Under the pieces are notes generated by a model, which worked only from the letters and a program-made list of their open reading frames with translations, ran no database searches and was not told the DNA's origin. 64,000 bases of DNA from Lytechinus pictus (taxonomy: Eukaryota), in NCBI RefSeq assembly GCF_037042905.1, contig NC_087251.1, positions 21,330,001 through 21,394,000 of the forward strand, in the 5' to 3' direction. Of the stretch, positions 13,439 through 26,247 are shown piece by piece; the first letter of the stretch is position 1, and each line of letters opens with the position of its first letter. The position numbers were made by a program, and so were the translations under genes.

Positions 13439-15855
13439 CATGGGCGGAAATCCCAGGGGGGACAGGGGGGACGTGTCCCCCCTACTCAAAATAGTAGGGG
13501 GGACACAATATCAAATGTCCCCCCTACTATTTTTTGTCTTTAATGATGGTAAGAAATACATCATTCTAAATCGAAATAAAACATGTATTTTGGGACGAGA
13601 TATGACCTTACTTTGGCGATGATAACTTTTTTTGCTTGTCAAATTGTCCCGCCCCTTGTCCCCATAGGCGGATCCAGGGGCCGAGGGGCCCGCCCCCCCC
13701 CCCCCCCCCCCCTCTTGGCGGAGCAAAAAAAAAAAAAGGAAAGAAAGAAGGAAAAAAGGAGGGAAAAGAGAAGAGAAAAAGAAGAGGACGACGAGTGCAT
13801 AAAATAAGATGAGGGGAAGACTTGGAAAATAAACGAATTTTTCGTGCCACTATATAAAATTTTTCGCTCGCGCTTCGCGCTCGCATTGCCTGTTAGGTGA
13901 TTTACATATCTTGTTCAATATGGAGTTCGAATATCAAGTTTGGAAGTCAATATACAAAACATGTTTCACCTCGGAAATCGAACTTTCATTATTTTGTGTG
14001 ATTTACAAATTGGTTTTTAAAAAGTGCTCTGTAAAAATGTCAGTTTTATGGTCTGAATGTTAACATTTGCTGCTTGCGCTGCGCGCTCGCAAATTTTGAT
14101 TTATCAGGTACCTATTATTTTCGTGTATTCCATAAAGTTTTCAAAATATCCCTTTTCAGGTCTGATTGTCAAGACCAAGACGTATCAGCTAGCGCGCTGC
14201 ACGCTCGCATTTTTATTGGCGAGTTATATAAATGTTTCAATATTGATTATACAACAAACTACTTAAAATCCCCTTTTCATGACAGTTTATCAAAAATTTT
14301 AGCTCGCGATTTGCGCTCGCATTAATGGTTAAAAATATATTAACTGATGCATCCCATTCATAAGCACAAAAGTGAAATGTCCAATTTTTATGCCAATATA
14401 TAATCAGATTTCGCGCCCTCATAAGGCATTAATAAATACGATATTAATTTAATAATTAAATTGTCCCTTTTGTTTCATCTCGCGCTTAGCAAGAGGATTA
14501 GGAAGATAGTCATCATTGTCATATGATGACATGTCGTAAGAATGTCCCGGTCCTATGTCAAAACTCAAAGTAATAATAATATCAGCTCTTTTTTATAAAG
14601 TGCGATCCATATCCACCTTACAATTTTTCTACAAAGGGCTTGAAATATAAAGCTGAAATTGACACTTTTTTCAGATCGGAATATCAAAGTTTCATGATTT
14701 TCATGATTAAACTTGTATTTAGAATGCCTAGATACTAGGTCTAAATATGAAACACGCTCGCGCATGTTTATTCAGATACTCAACTTGTTCTCTAATTTAA
14801 ATCATTATCCAGTTTCAGATCACATATCAAAAATTTTCTGCTCGCGCTTTGTGCTCGCATCATTATTGTAGGAAGACCCCATATTACTCATCCTTTTGAT
14901 GATTTACAAAACATGAACAGATTGGCCCATTTTAGGTCTAAATCTCGAATTTTTTTCTGCTCGCGCTTCGCGCACGCATCAATCGTTAAATTATATAGCT
15001 ATCCTGTTCACGATTACAAAAACTGATTAAAATTTTCAATTCTTTCTTTAGAAAGTTCAAAATTTTTCAGCTCGCGCTTCGCGCTCGCATTTTTTAATTG
15101 TTAAAATATGTAACGCCTTCATGGCTAAATGCAATCAGTCCTTAACAGGTACCTTTTCAACAGGTACCAGTTCAAAACGTATATAAAAATTTTCTGCTCG
15201 CGCTTTGCGCTCGCATTATTAATACTCATCCTTTTCAGGATTTACAAAACATGTATAGAGTGTCTCGTTCAGTAAATATTATAGGACTAAAATCTCGAAA
15301 TTTTCCGATCGCACTTTGCGCTCGCATTAATTGTTTACTTATATACCTATTCTGCTTGAGTTACAAAAAGTGCTTAGAATTTCCATTCTTTAGGTGAAAT
15401 ATCAAAAAAAAATTCAGCTCGCGCTTCGCGCTCGCATTATTTGATTGTTAAATGCTACTTTAACAGGTATGTTTTCCATCATTTCATTTCTGCTCGCGCT
15501 TTGCGTTCGTAGTAATTATTAAGTTGCATACACATCTTTTTCAGGATAGCAAACATTGCCCAGAATCAGTTCAAAGATTAGGAAAAAATACATAAAATTT
15601 CCAAAAAAATTAGCTCGCGCTTCGCGCTCGCATCATATAAATAAGGATTATGATATTATATATTAATTTATAAGAAAGAATAAAGCTAAGAAGTGATTAA
15701 TGAGGACTACCCCTTCAAAGAAACAACAAAAATCATCTTCGAGCTGCCGATCGGGGAAAATATGGCTGAAACAAATTTCCGCCCCCCCCCCTATTGGCGA
15801 AGGCTGGATCCGCCCCTGTGTCCCCCCTACCTTTTGGGAGAGATTTCCGCCCCTG
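13439..15855. mobile_element. Composite non-autonomous hAT-type element (outer MITE plus nested inner element 13663-15818)
   Basis: Outer TIR CATGGGCGGAAATC / GATTTCCGCCCCTG with an exact 8-bp TSD, CTTATAGA (13431-13438, 15856-15863). Inner TIR CATAGGCGGATCC / GGATCCGCCCCTG. Confidence 0.9.
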
Positions 15856-15863
15856 CTTATAGA

Positions 15864-17220
15864 TAATATATTCTGTAACTCTCATCCTCTTCCGAAAGCT
15901 GGCATTGTAACAACAGACATATCCGATCATTTTCTTATTTTTACCCATATCCAAACAATGCAATCACTCGCAAAAATGGAAAAGAAATATAGGATCTGTC
16001 GCAACTTTAGTGATAAAAATATTGAACGCCTTCAAGAAGATTTAAGCTCTGTTGATTGGTCTGACGTTTATAACTCGAATGTGAATGTCGATGACTCATT
16101 TGACATATTTTTGAAATCTTTCAATGACTGCTTAGATTCTTGTGTTCCTTTAAAGAAATATCGAAATTACGATTATAAACGTGTTCCAAAGCTCCCATGG
16201 GTTTCAAAATTGATATTAAGGTCTATAAATCGGAAAAATAATCTGTATGTTTCTTATATATCAAATCCAAATGATATTTTAAGGAATAGATACACGTCTT
16301 ATAAAAATACCTTAACAACTACTCTCCGAATAGCAAAAAAGAGGTTTTATTCAGAAAAATTAAAATCATATAAAAACGACATTAAAAATACATGGAAAAC
16401 AATAAATGGGGCCCTAAACAAAATTAACAAATCTAGTGCTGTTCATAAATTATGTGTAGATGGAAATATGGTTGAAGATACTCATTCTATAGCAAATGAA
16501 TTTAATACATATTTCTCTCAAATTGGACCAAAGTTAGCTGGAAATATTATGCCTGTAGAAAATTCGTTTAAGGACTTTTTGGATAAACAAAATGAAAGTT
16601 CAATATTTCTTACTCCAGTTCATAAAGAAGAATTACTTGAGATTGTATTTAATTTGAAAGCAGAAAAGACTCCCGGTTATGATGGCATTACAAATAGAGT
16701 TGTGAAAAACATTATGCATTCTCTTGCTGATCCTCTGCTTCATATATTTAATTTATCGTTGCAGCTTGGCCAGGTCCCAAAGAAGATGAAAATAGCTAAA
16801 GTTATACCCATTTTCAAGAAGGGAGACCAATTAATTACTAGTAATTACCGCCCAATATCTTTGTTAACTTCGTTCTCAAAAATTCTTGAAAGGATAATTT
16901 ATAAAAGGACAGTTGCTTTCCTTAAGAAATATAGTATTATATGTGATAATCAATTCGGTTTTAGAGAAAAACATAATACAACTCATGCTATATTGACATT
17001 AATAAATAAAATATCTACTTCTTTTGACGATTCCGATCACACCGTAGGGTTATTCCTCGACTTCTCAAAAGCGTTTGATACAATAGATCATGAAATACTA
17101 TTATGTAAGCTATCAAATAACGGTATCAGAGGGACAGCTTTACAATGGTTTAGGAGTTATCTTACTGATAGAATTCAGTTTGTTACAGTAAATGAATCAG
17201 AATCTCCAACAAGGCCAGTT
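15864..17220 (+). pseudogene. Host LINE ORF2, part 2: end of the endonuclease, linker and first half of the RT
   Basis: NIFCN..ISDH, PGYDGI, AKVIPIFKKG..NYRPISLL, QFGFR, FLDFSKAFDTI, WFRSYL. Confidence 0.9.
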
Positions 17221-19757
17221 GGTGTGTTATGTAATGGGATGAGTGATCATTACATTAGTTATTTTATATGGAAATCCCAACAAAAATTATCATCTGGTGA
17301 AACTTATATAAGGTATAGAAAATCCAGAAATGTTTATTTGGAGTCTTTCAGAAATGACCTTCGTAATCAAAACTGGAGGATAATAAAAGATTTTGATGAT
17401 ATTAATGACGCTGTCAATAAGTGGGAAATAATACTATTAGAAGTTGTTAATAAACATATGCCCTTAAAATCTAAGCGCATTCGTAAAAAATCTTCTCCTT
17501 GGATGAATAATGAGATCTTGTCTTTAATGAAAGAAAGAAATAAAGCTAAAAGAAAGGCCAAAACTAAAAACGATAATGATTTATGGAAATTATATAAAAC
17601 TCTGAAAAATAAGGTCACTTTTGTCATCCGGAAATCTAAAAGTAAATATTATTGTGACAAATTATCAAATGTAACAAATAGAAATGACTCTTGGAAAATA
17701 CTAAAATCCGTTATGGGCAAAAACAACAACTCGTCTAATAGCACTTTTCCCAAAGTAATGTCAGATGAAGTGGCTAATGGTTTTAACAATCACTTTGCTA
17801 ATGTGGCGTTGGAAATTGCTGATGAGTCAACAAATGTACACCATGATCATGTAGCGTCCACTCTGCATGAAAACTTTAAATTTTCGCCTATCTCTGAAAA
17901 CGATGTCTTGAAAGAGTTTCATAATTTGAAGAATACAAAGTCTGTTGGTCTAGATGGTATTTCAGTATATATAATCAAAGAATCAATTCCAGTTTTAATC
18001 GAACCTATTACTTTCTTGATAAATAAATCTTTATGTGATGGTGTTGTACCTGAGAAATGGAAAGTAGCCAAAATTGTTCCTATTCACAAGAAAGGTGATA
18101 AGTTTGAATTTAACAACTATAGACCGATATCGATTCTACCCTGTGTGTCTAAATTAATGGAAAAAATTGTGCAAAAGCAATTGCTTCGTTATATTCAAAC
18201 TCATTCTTTACTTTCTGCTTTTCAATCTGGATTCCGTCCGAAACACTCTACCATTACTGCTCTTGCTAAGGTAACGGATGACTGGTTTCATTCTATGGAC
18301 AATGGGCAGTATACAGGGGCTATTTTTATAGACCTTCAAAAGGCTTTCGACCTGGTCGATCATGCAATTCTCCTATCCAAACTTAAAAATATTGGTACAT
18401 CTGGTGATGAATTGCATTGGTTCAAAAGTTATTTGACTAATAGAAGAATACGTACATCCATTAATGGAATTTTATCTGAAGAAAGGGTAATTTTTAAGGG
18501 AGTACCCCAGGGATCTCTCCTTGGACCCTTCCTGTTCATTTTATTTATTGATGATATAATTTCTGTATTTAAAGAGTGCACCGTACACCTTTATGCTGAC
18601 GACACAGTAATATATTTCTCACATAAAGATATTAGAGTTATCGAACTCATCCTTAATAAGGAGCTGGAAATTCTATCTGTCTGGATGAACAGGAATAATT
18701 TGAAAATAAACTATGATAAAACTGTAAGCATGTTGATTGGAACACCTAAAATGCTTAAAAGGTCACAACATTTACAACTAAAAATTGACTGTCATTTACT
18801 GACTCAAGTGAATAGCTTTAAGTATCTAGGTGTCTTTGTGGATGAAAACATGAAGTGGGACTATCACGTAAATTATTTATGTAAAAAACTGGGGAGAATG
18901 ATTGGTTATATTGCACGGCTAAAGCATTTTGTAAATTTGTCAGAATTAAAGTTAATATATAAGTCAATAATTTTACCTCATTTTGATTATGGTGACATTA
19001 TCTATCAATCTGCAAACAAATCTCTACTTGACCAACTTCAAAAAATTCAAAATAGAGCTGGAAGAATAATCTTGAAAATTGACCCCTATTCACACACTTC
19101 AACCTCTCAAATTCATTCTATTATTGGTTGGGACACTATTAAAAAGAGACAGTATACTCACTTGATATTATTCATGTATAAGATTTGTAACAACATGTCC
19201 ACTGAATATATGAAAAATTTGTTTCATACAAAAGATACTCCTTACCCTCTTAGAAATGAAAATAATATATGTTTACCCAGACCTAGAACCAATAGTTGTA
19301 AAAGATCTTTCTCTTACCGAGCTGCATCTGAATTCAACAGAATCCCTTTGTGCGTGCGTAATGTCACCACTTTCAATTCTTTTAAAAATACATTTTTGAA
19401 ATATATCTGTGCTAAATGAAATTAAACCACTGATTTGTACCGGGGGGAGGGGGGTAGGTGTAGGTTATATGATTTTTCTTTGTTTTTAATGATTTCACTT
19501 ATATGTCTGATGGTCAACTTTCTTTATTTTATGGTAATCATAGCATTTTTGTAAGTAAACTGGCTCCATGGAAGACCAGCAGCAATGCATTATTGCAGCT
19601 GAATATGGACTACCAGCCGTATAATTTACTTTATTTTTTACCTTTTATTATTGTATCTTAATATTGACCTCATCATATCATGTTATATGTATTTGTATGT
19701 ACTTTGTATCTGTTATTTTATATACGGAAATAAAACAAACAAACAACAAACAAACAA
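17221..19757 (+). mobile_element. Second 5'-truncated L2/CR1-group LINE inserted into the RT of the first; its own RT is open from 17221 to the stop at 19419
   Basis: It begins just before the endonuclease SDH motif and has a complete RT (NYRPISIL, QSGFR, DLQKAFD, GVPQGS, YADD, YLGV). It has its own 3'UTR and an AATAAA-(CAAA)n tail. AGTT is duplicated at 17217-17220 and 19758-19761. Confidence 0.9.
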
Positions 19758-19761
19758 AGTT

Positions 19762-20646
19762 TCCTGTGGAATTCCACAAGGTAGTATTCTTCGCCCTTTG
19801 CTATTTGTACTTTATGTTAATGATATGAAAAATTCATCTCATGTTCTCTCATTTATTCTCTTTGCTGATGATTCCAATATTTTCTTTACACATCATGATC
19901 CACATGTACTTGTGAGCACTATGAATGCAGAATTTAAAAAAGTAACAAACTGGATTAAAGCCAACAAACTGTCATTGAATCTGCAAAAAACTAATTATAT
20001 GCTTTTTAGTCATTCATTGAAACATCTACCGCATCAAATACTTTTAGATAATACTGAAATCAAAGAAGTGCAAACAACAAAATTCTTAGGTCTTACTATT
20101 GATCACAAGCTTACGTGGAATGCTCATATCAACAATATTTGCAAAACTGTGGCAAGAAATATTGGAGTCACCAATAAGCTTAAAAACGCTCTTCCAGCAC
20201 AGGCGCTATCCATGTTGTATTGTGCATTAATTCTACCATATCTTAATTATGGAATTCTGGCATGGGGTAATGCCTCTCAAACGAGACTCAATAAAGTCTT
20301 GCTACTTCAGAAAAAAGTACTGAGAATAATATGCAATATGTCCTTTAGAGCTCATACAGATGAATTGTTTCGCTTGCAACTATTCCAATTCATGTATCAG
20401 CTAGATAGAAATAGTGTACCTAATGTCCTACAAAAGAAATTTATGAAAAACAATACTTTACATTCATATAATACGAGACATTCAAATGACTATCACTTAC
20501 CCAAAAGTAGAACAGTATTTTCTAGCAAAACTGTATTTTTCACAGGACCAAAACTCTGGAATTCTCTGGACAGAGTAATAAAAGAGGCAGCTAATCTAAA
20601 CCGATTTAAATTACTCATCAAAAAATTTATTCTGAATTCTTATTGA
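19762..20646 (+). pseudogene. Host LINE ORF2, part 3: second half of the RT and C-terminus
   Basis: It resumes with SCGIPQGS, FADD, KFLG..ID..L.W..HI, YGILAWG and GPKLWNSL, and joins SPTRPV from part 2. Confidence 0.9.
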
Positions 20647-21206
20647 TTCAATCAAATATTTTGTGAACCTCATACTTACCCACGGTAGTATTGATTATTT
20701 TAAAGTCAATATTTAATTTTGTATATAGTGTAAATACATTTGTGTTACAGTGTTTATATATAATTTTATAGAATTTTGCTGATTATTTTACTCTACTTAT
20801 ATCATATTACCCTTTTATAAAATTTTGATAGGGGGTCTACATTTTACAAGCTTTGCTTTTTATTAGGCCCCTCCACTTTTTTCATTTCATTGCTACGTTT
20901 CAATCCTGCATGTGTTATGCATTTTTTTCAGTGTTAAAATGATTTATTATAAATGTACTTTGATGATTGTGGAATATGAATATATCAATAAATAAATAAA
21001 TATCGTGAGGTCTAAAAATGCCAATTCTTTTAAATGCGCAATTTTAAGAACATCCATTTGTGAACTTGAAGCTATATAGCAAAAACCAAGCACAGGGACC
21101 CATGTTAATTTTTGCATATTTGGAATATTCAGGTGCTAAAGTATCTGTGCTCAAAGTACGATGAAAAAATGAGTCGGACATCGTGGTGGTGCCATGTATT
21201 GATGAC

Positions 21207-21499
21207 CACTTGCGTACCTACGGGGGGGGGGGGGGCAGGTGGGCAGTGCGCCCCCCCCTGACGAGCCACAACCCATACAAAAGACATATCCCTGCCTTGA
21301 AGAGCTTGAAAGACCTTTTTTGCCCCCCCCCCCCCTGACGAGCTTGAAGACCTTTTTTTTTTTTTTTTTTTTTGCTTATCAATTTTTTTTTCTGGTACGA
21401 AAGCCTTTATTTTTTATTGAAGACCCCTTTTTTTTTTGCTTGTCAAATTTTCTGGCGGGCGATTTTGCCCCCCTGTGGAAAATCCTAGGTACGCCACTG
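21207..21499. mobile_element. hAT-type MITE
   Basis: CACTTGCGTACCTA / TAGGTACGCCACTG termini; 8-bp TSD TTGATGAC (21199-21206, 21500-21507). Confidence 0.85.
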
Positions 21500-21761
21500 T
21501 TGATGACCCATTGTATAACCCCTAACCCCACCACATTTTTTTCAACTTTGAAACAAAAAGTACTTTTTTGAGGGAAAAAAAAATTTCAGCCAAAAAAGTA
21601 AAAAAGGGTGTGAAATAGATAAGTGCTTTTTACACCCACACGCCTTTAAAAATAATAAAGATATAAGAACAACATTGTTAGTCCAGGTATGAATCTTTAT
21701 TCTTGCTTTTTTACATGATGGATGCATAAGAAATGACTGGATGCGAAATTATTGCATGAAG

Positions 21762-22249
21762 TTAGGACTGGGGTAAGTTGAGCAAACCAACAAGGGGCAA
21801 GTTGAGCCATGGTAATTCTTATGGTAATGTATATAAAAAAACAAAGAAACCTTTAAAGGCCATCGATATGCAGGCAGAAAGGAGCAAATTTACATGACTG
21901 TCCTTTTCCTTTTAGAAGATGTTGGCGTTTATAGAGAATAAGCGTGTAAAAAGACTGTCAATAAAAAAAAATTGACATGGTGGTTCTTCCCCCATACATT
22001 TTGTACATAAGTTTTTGTGGCTCAACTTACCCCAGAAGGTGGCTCAATTTCCCCCACAGATGGGGCAAGTTGAGCCATTTGACATCTCTTTTTGTGACTT
22101 TCAGTGTGGGGGTAGAAAGTTATATATAGGTGATAAATATTTCAGAAGAATTAGATTTTAAGGCAAGGTACCTATTTCTTCAAGATCATTAATCATATCA
22201 GTTCTAACATGCAAAAAGCAAAGAGTGTCACAACTTACCCCGCCTTCTC
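21762..22249. mobile_element. Degenerate MITE with GGGG(T/C)AAGTTGAGC subrepeats (Tc1/pogo-like ends)
   Basis: GGGGTAAGTTG at ~21770 is mirrored by CAACTTACCCC at ~22231, and the motif recurs internally. Boundaries are approximate. Confidence 0.55.
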
Positions 22250-22285
22250 AAACAGACCACAATCCTCGTGTGTTTTAGTTCAGCA

Positions 22286-22983
22286 TAGGCCCCATAGAAA
22301 ATTGACTAAACCTTGTTTTTCATATATACAATATTTTGTATGGTTTCTTGTCAATTCGAGGGTTTTGATTACGAATCTGAATGATGTCACTCGTGCAACC
22401 TTGAGCATTTTCCGCAAATTGGCAAAATCCAATATGGCCGCCAAAATATGCAAATTACCCATGAAAATCACAAAATTGCCCGCACTATAAAATGCATAAA
22501 TTGTGTGGCAGGAGTGAAATACTCTCTGAATTTTTTTTTTTTGACAACATATTTATTTTCTGAATATTCAAAATGGCCGACATAGGCCTCTGTATACTCT
22601 ATTATATGTACAGCATAAATATAGGAAAAACTAATTTTCACACAAATTAGCACTAAACTGCAAGAAATCGTGCTATATATGAAGGAAGTACTGTATGCAA
22701 ATCGCCATTACTAATGAGATATATTATTCATTATGTCATGTATGGGAAAATTGCTGTATTTTGATATTTAAAATAGCCGCCACTGGCCCAAACAGTATTA
22801 TGTACAATGACAATATATATACAATAGCGGCCATATTGGATTTTGCCAATTCGCGGAAAATGCTCAAGGTTACACGAGTGGCATCATTCAGATTCGTAAT
22901 CAGCACCTTCGAATTTACAAGAAGCGATAAAAAAATATTGTATATATGAAAAAACAAGGTTATGCCTCTTCTATCCTGGACTA
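22286..22983. mobile_element. MITE with ~150-bp TIRs and TAG...CTA ends
   Basis: CCTTGAGCATTTTCCGCAAATTGGCAAAATCCAATATGGCCGC is mirrored at ~22827-22869. The ends are TAGGCC and GGACTA. No clear TSD. Confidence 0.75.
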
Positions 22984-23039
22984 ATAACAGTAATTTATCC
23001 TTTATCTTTGGAATCTACTCTGCTTTTAATTCAACTACT

Positions 23040-23790
23040 TTATCTTTAAATATTAAAAAAAAAATCTTGATCTACGCACAAACTGATTAGATTTCCAATA
23101 AGAATTCCCAAAGTGAGGAGCATGTACATGGTTCTGTAATTGAAGCAGTACACCTGAGTGATCTGGTGTAAGTGATTTGAAAATATCAAAAAGGAAACAA
23201 CCAATAATCCAACCGATTTTGAACAATTGGCCACTTTTGTCTAAATGTATTTTTTTAGCTGGATTCTTCTTTCTCCATATATCTACTACAAATGATCTGT
23301 CAAGAAGGTCTTCAAACTTATCATCGAATCGATTTCTAATTAACTTTCGAGGCCCCATAATTCTCCATTCATTATCATATTAAATTTCCAACTAAAATAA
23401 TTGCACCTTCAGAACTGTAAAACTTTGAAATACGATTTTTCAATTCATCTAAAAATTCCATTTGCATCTTTCCTTTATCTCTGGTAGGAAAATAGCAATT
23501 TACTGAGTAAAAAGTAAATTGTTGGTATTCTAATTTCACTATTATAAGTCTTCCATTTTCACCAATACTCACATCTTTCATTTTCATATTCAAATTTGGA
23601 GAAATCAAAACTAAAACACCTTTACTAAGATTTGTTCCATTGTGATGACTAAACAATAGTCGACCATTCCACTCTGATTTCCATTTTTCTTCCACCTCCC
23701 GTACTCTATGTTTCCTGTAAAAATGCTATGTGACTGCCTTCATCTCTGCAAAATTAAAAAAATGTTTCCTCTGACATTTAAAGTTAAGAA
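23040..23790 (-). pseudogene. Decayed L1/Tx1-clade LINE endonuclease fragment
   Basis: Frameshifted pieces: FLQE, W..EW.G...FSH, SKGVLVLI, GRLIIV, NCYFP, DIWRKKNP, PDHSGV. Confidence 0.8.
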
Positions 23791-24622
23791 AGTAAAATAT
23801 GACCTCCTACCGAAGTATTAACGCCCTATCCCGTAAAAATATGCAAATGAAACTGACCAAGTAACAGATTTAAATGTGAACAGGCATCACCACGCTCCAA
23901 ACAATTAATCACTTTCACTACACCACACGAAAGGCACACCCATTCACCCATTCACCCAACACAATTGCACTATCCATCGAAACGTTGATAGTGCATGTAA
24001 TAATAGCCGTGAGACATTAATTGATAAACCAATTAATAAGGAAATATCTTCCAAGTGAAACATAATACACACACATGCACCCGTTGCTCTCACTCGCACA
24101 CACACACATGACTGATTGTCTGCCGATTGTCTGATAGAAATAGCCATTTACGCTCTAAAAGCGATAGAATAGAAAAGCACAATAGAATACAAACTAATAT
24201 ATCATTTTCAGGGTGCACATTTTAATTTCTAAGAAATTCCTGTAAAGGTACAAACGTAATCATACTGGCATTTGCATTTCTATTGTATGTTATACATTGC
24301 CAAACGTGTAAAAGTTTTCGTATTCATTGCAAATTCTCACGAATTCCACCCAAAGTGTGCACAATAATTATATTCTTCGTTTTCATTGTTTGAATCACAC
24401 TTAGCTGTTCGGTAAGCTCCATAAATTCGCTCTTCGCTCCCTCTCTTAAAAACTTAACATTATACGTATTATTGCATCTTAATATAAAATACAACCATGA
24501 TCTCGTGGGTAAAGATAAAGAAACAAAAATGAATGAATGAAAATAATAATCTTCAGGACAATGCTCATTAGGACAACTACCACATATTATGAGTTCACTT
24601 CCCTTAATGACTATAACCTTAA

Positions 24623-25139
24623 AGATCAAGTCCACCCCAGAAAAATGTGGATTTGAATCAATAGAGAAAAATCAAACAACTCAGTGATATGCAAATGGGA
24701 GATTTGATGTCCCTCAGTCCCTATTTCTTTTTTTTTTTATTGTTTGAATTATACAATGTTTCGGTGGTTTTTTTTTTTTTTTTTAATACAAATTTGACCA
24801 TGAGGGCCAATTCAACTGAACCATAAAATGTTAAGATAATGGTGATTCCAAATGTTCAGGGAGGAATAAAACTTGGTTTAATATGATATTGAGGAGAAAA
24901 TAAGAATATTTCATAATCATATGATAAAATACAAAGGAGATAGCGAGTGGGTGACGTCACCAGTCCTCTCATTTACATACCCGGCCGACCAAGCTGTGCA
25001 TGTAACTGTTTTATGAAATTAAACGAAACTTAAAAATGGCATAACTTTCTTATTTTACATCCGATTTCGATGAAGTTTTCTTTGTTATGGTTGTTGGATT
25101 TTTCTTTTTCTATTGTCTTTGTTGTAGCGGGCTTGTCCT
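24623..25139. mobile_element. TTAA-flanked MITE (Kolobok-like)
   Basis: TTAA|AGATCAAGTCCACC ... GGGCTTGTCCT|TTAA. It is the same family as 37353-37900, with a partial copy at ~56600-56960. Confidence 0.75.
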
Positions 25140-25536
25140 TTAAGAATTACCTTATATCCAAAGTAAACAAAAAATATCCACCTAGACTCGGGTGGTCATT
25201 ACCATTGTATCATTGAACCTTTATTCGAGTGGTAATAATCGGCGGAATGATATAAAATTTTCAAGGCAAGATAGAACAAAAAACTGCCGCTCTTTAAATT
25301 TACTAATCCCGTGAGAATTCTATAATCAAATCAAATCAAAAGAAGTAGTATGCACACGCATACATTCTAAATATTCTCCATTTAACGCCTTAACTTCATT
25401 TCTGAATTAATTGAACAAAAGTGGTTTGCTGAACAAACCTTAAAATTATGAATTTGTCTTTTTCTTTCACATTTTTATTATATGTATTTTCAAGGTTTAA
25501 TTTGTCACTTTGGTGCTACCCTGAAGCTTTCGTAAG

Positions 25537-26247
25537 TAATGCACTTTTTCTGCTCATTCACTGAAAAATATCTCTAGCTTTTAGCACCTCCAAAAAATAT
25601 AACATTTCTGTCATCAAACTTACTTCTTGGGCGGCATTTCCCAAGAAGTAAGTTTGATGACAGAAATGTTATATTTTTTGGAGGTGCTAAAAGCTTTTAT
25701 TTAGTTTCACAACTTCACTCTTCTCATAAAGTACAACTAACCTCCTAATTAAGTGTGCATAGCTAATCGCGTTCATTTCACATCCACTGATTGTACATTA
25801 CACATACCTATGGCGTTCATTACACATACTGCGTGTTCATTACAGTTCAAGTATCTGCATACGATTTTTAATGCACTTTTTCTGCTCATTCACTGAAAAA
25901 TATCTCTAGCTTTTAGCACCTCCAAAAAATATAACATTTCTGTCATCAAACTTACTTCTTGGGAAATGCCGCCCAAGAAGTAAGTTTGATGACAGAAATG
26001 TTATATTTTTTGGAGGTGCTAAAAGCTAGAGATATTTTTCAGTGAATGAGCAGAAAAAGTGCATTAAAAATCGTATGCAGATACTTGAACTGTAATGAAC
26101 ACGCAGTATGTGTAATGAACGCCATAGATATGTGTAATGTACAATCAGTGGATGTGAAATGAACGCGATTAGCTATGCACACTTAATTAGGAGGTTAGTT
26201 GTACTTTATGAGAAGAGTGAAGTTGTGAAACTAAATAAAAGCTTTTA
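25537..26247. repeat. Near-perfect 560-bp palindrome (25688-26247) plus an adjacent 120-bp hairpin (25576-25695) with an inverted loop
   Basis: The large palindrome has 276-bp arms, one visible mismatch and loop AAATGCCG (25964-25971). The small hairpin loop is CGGCATTT (25632-25639). Confidence 0.95.

Larger units (their letters stand above)
11865..20999 (+). mobile_element. L2/CR1-group LINE, 5'-truncated within ORF1, carrying two later insertions
   Basis: Contains an ORF1 C-terminus, an ORF2 with APE and RT motifs, a 3'UTR and an (AAAT)n tail ending ~21000. Candidate TSD ATATC at 11860-11864 and 21000-21004. Confidence 0.88.

Noticed and set aside
15700..19419. 1239-aa ORF as a single novel double-RT gene
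   Set aside because: TSDs, a separate 3' tail and the resumption of the host RT at 19762 show that it is a chimera of three mobile elements.
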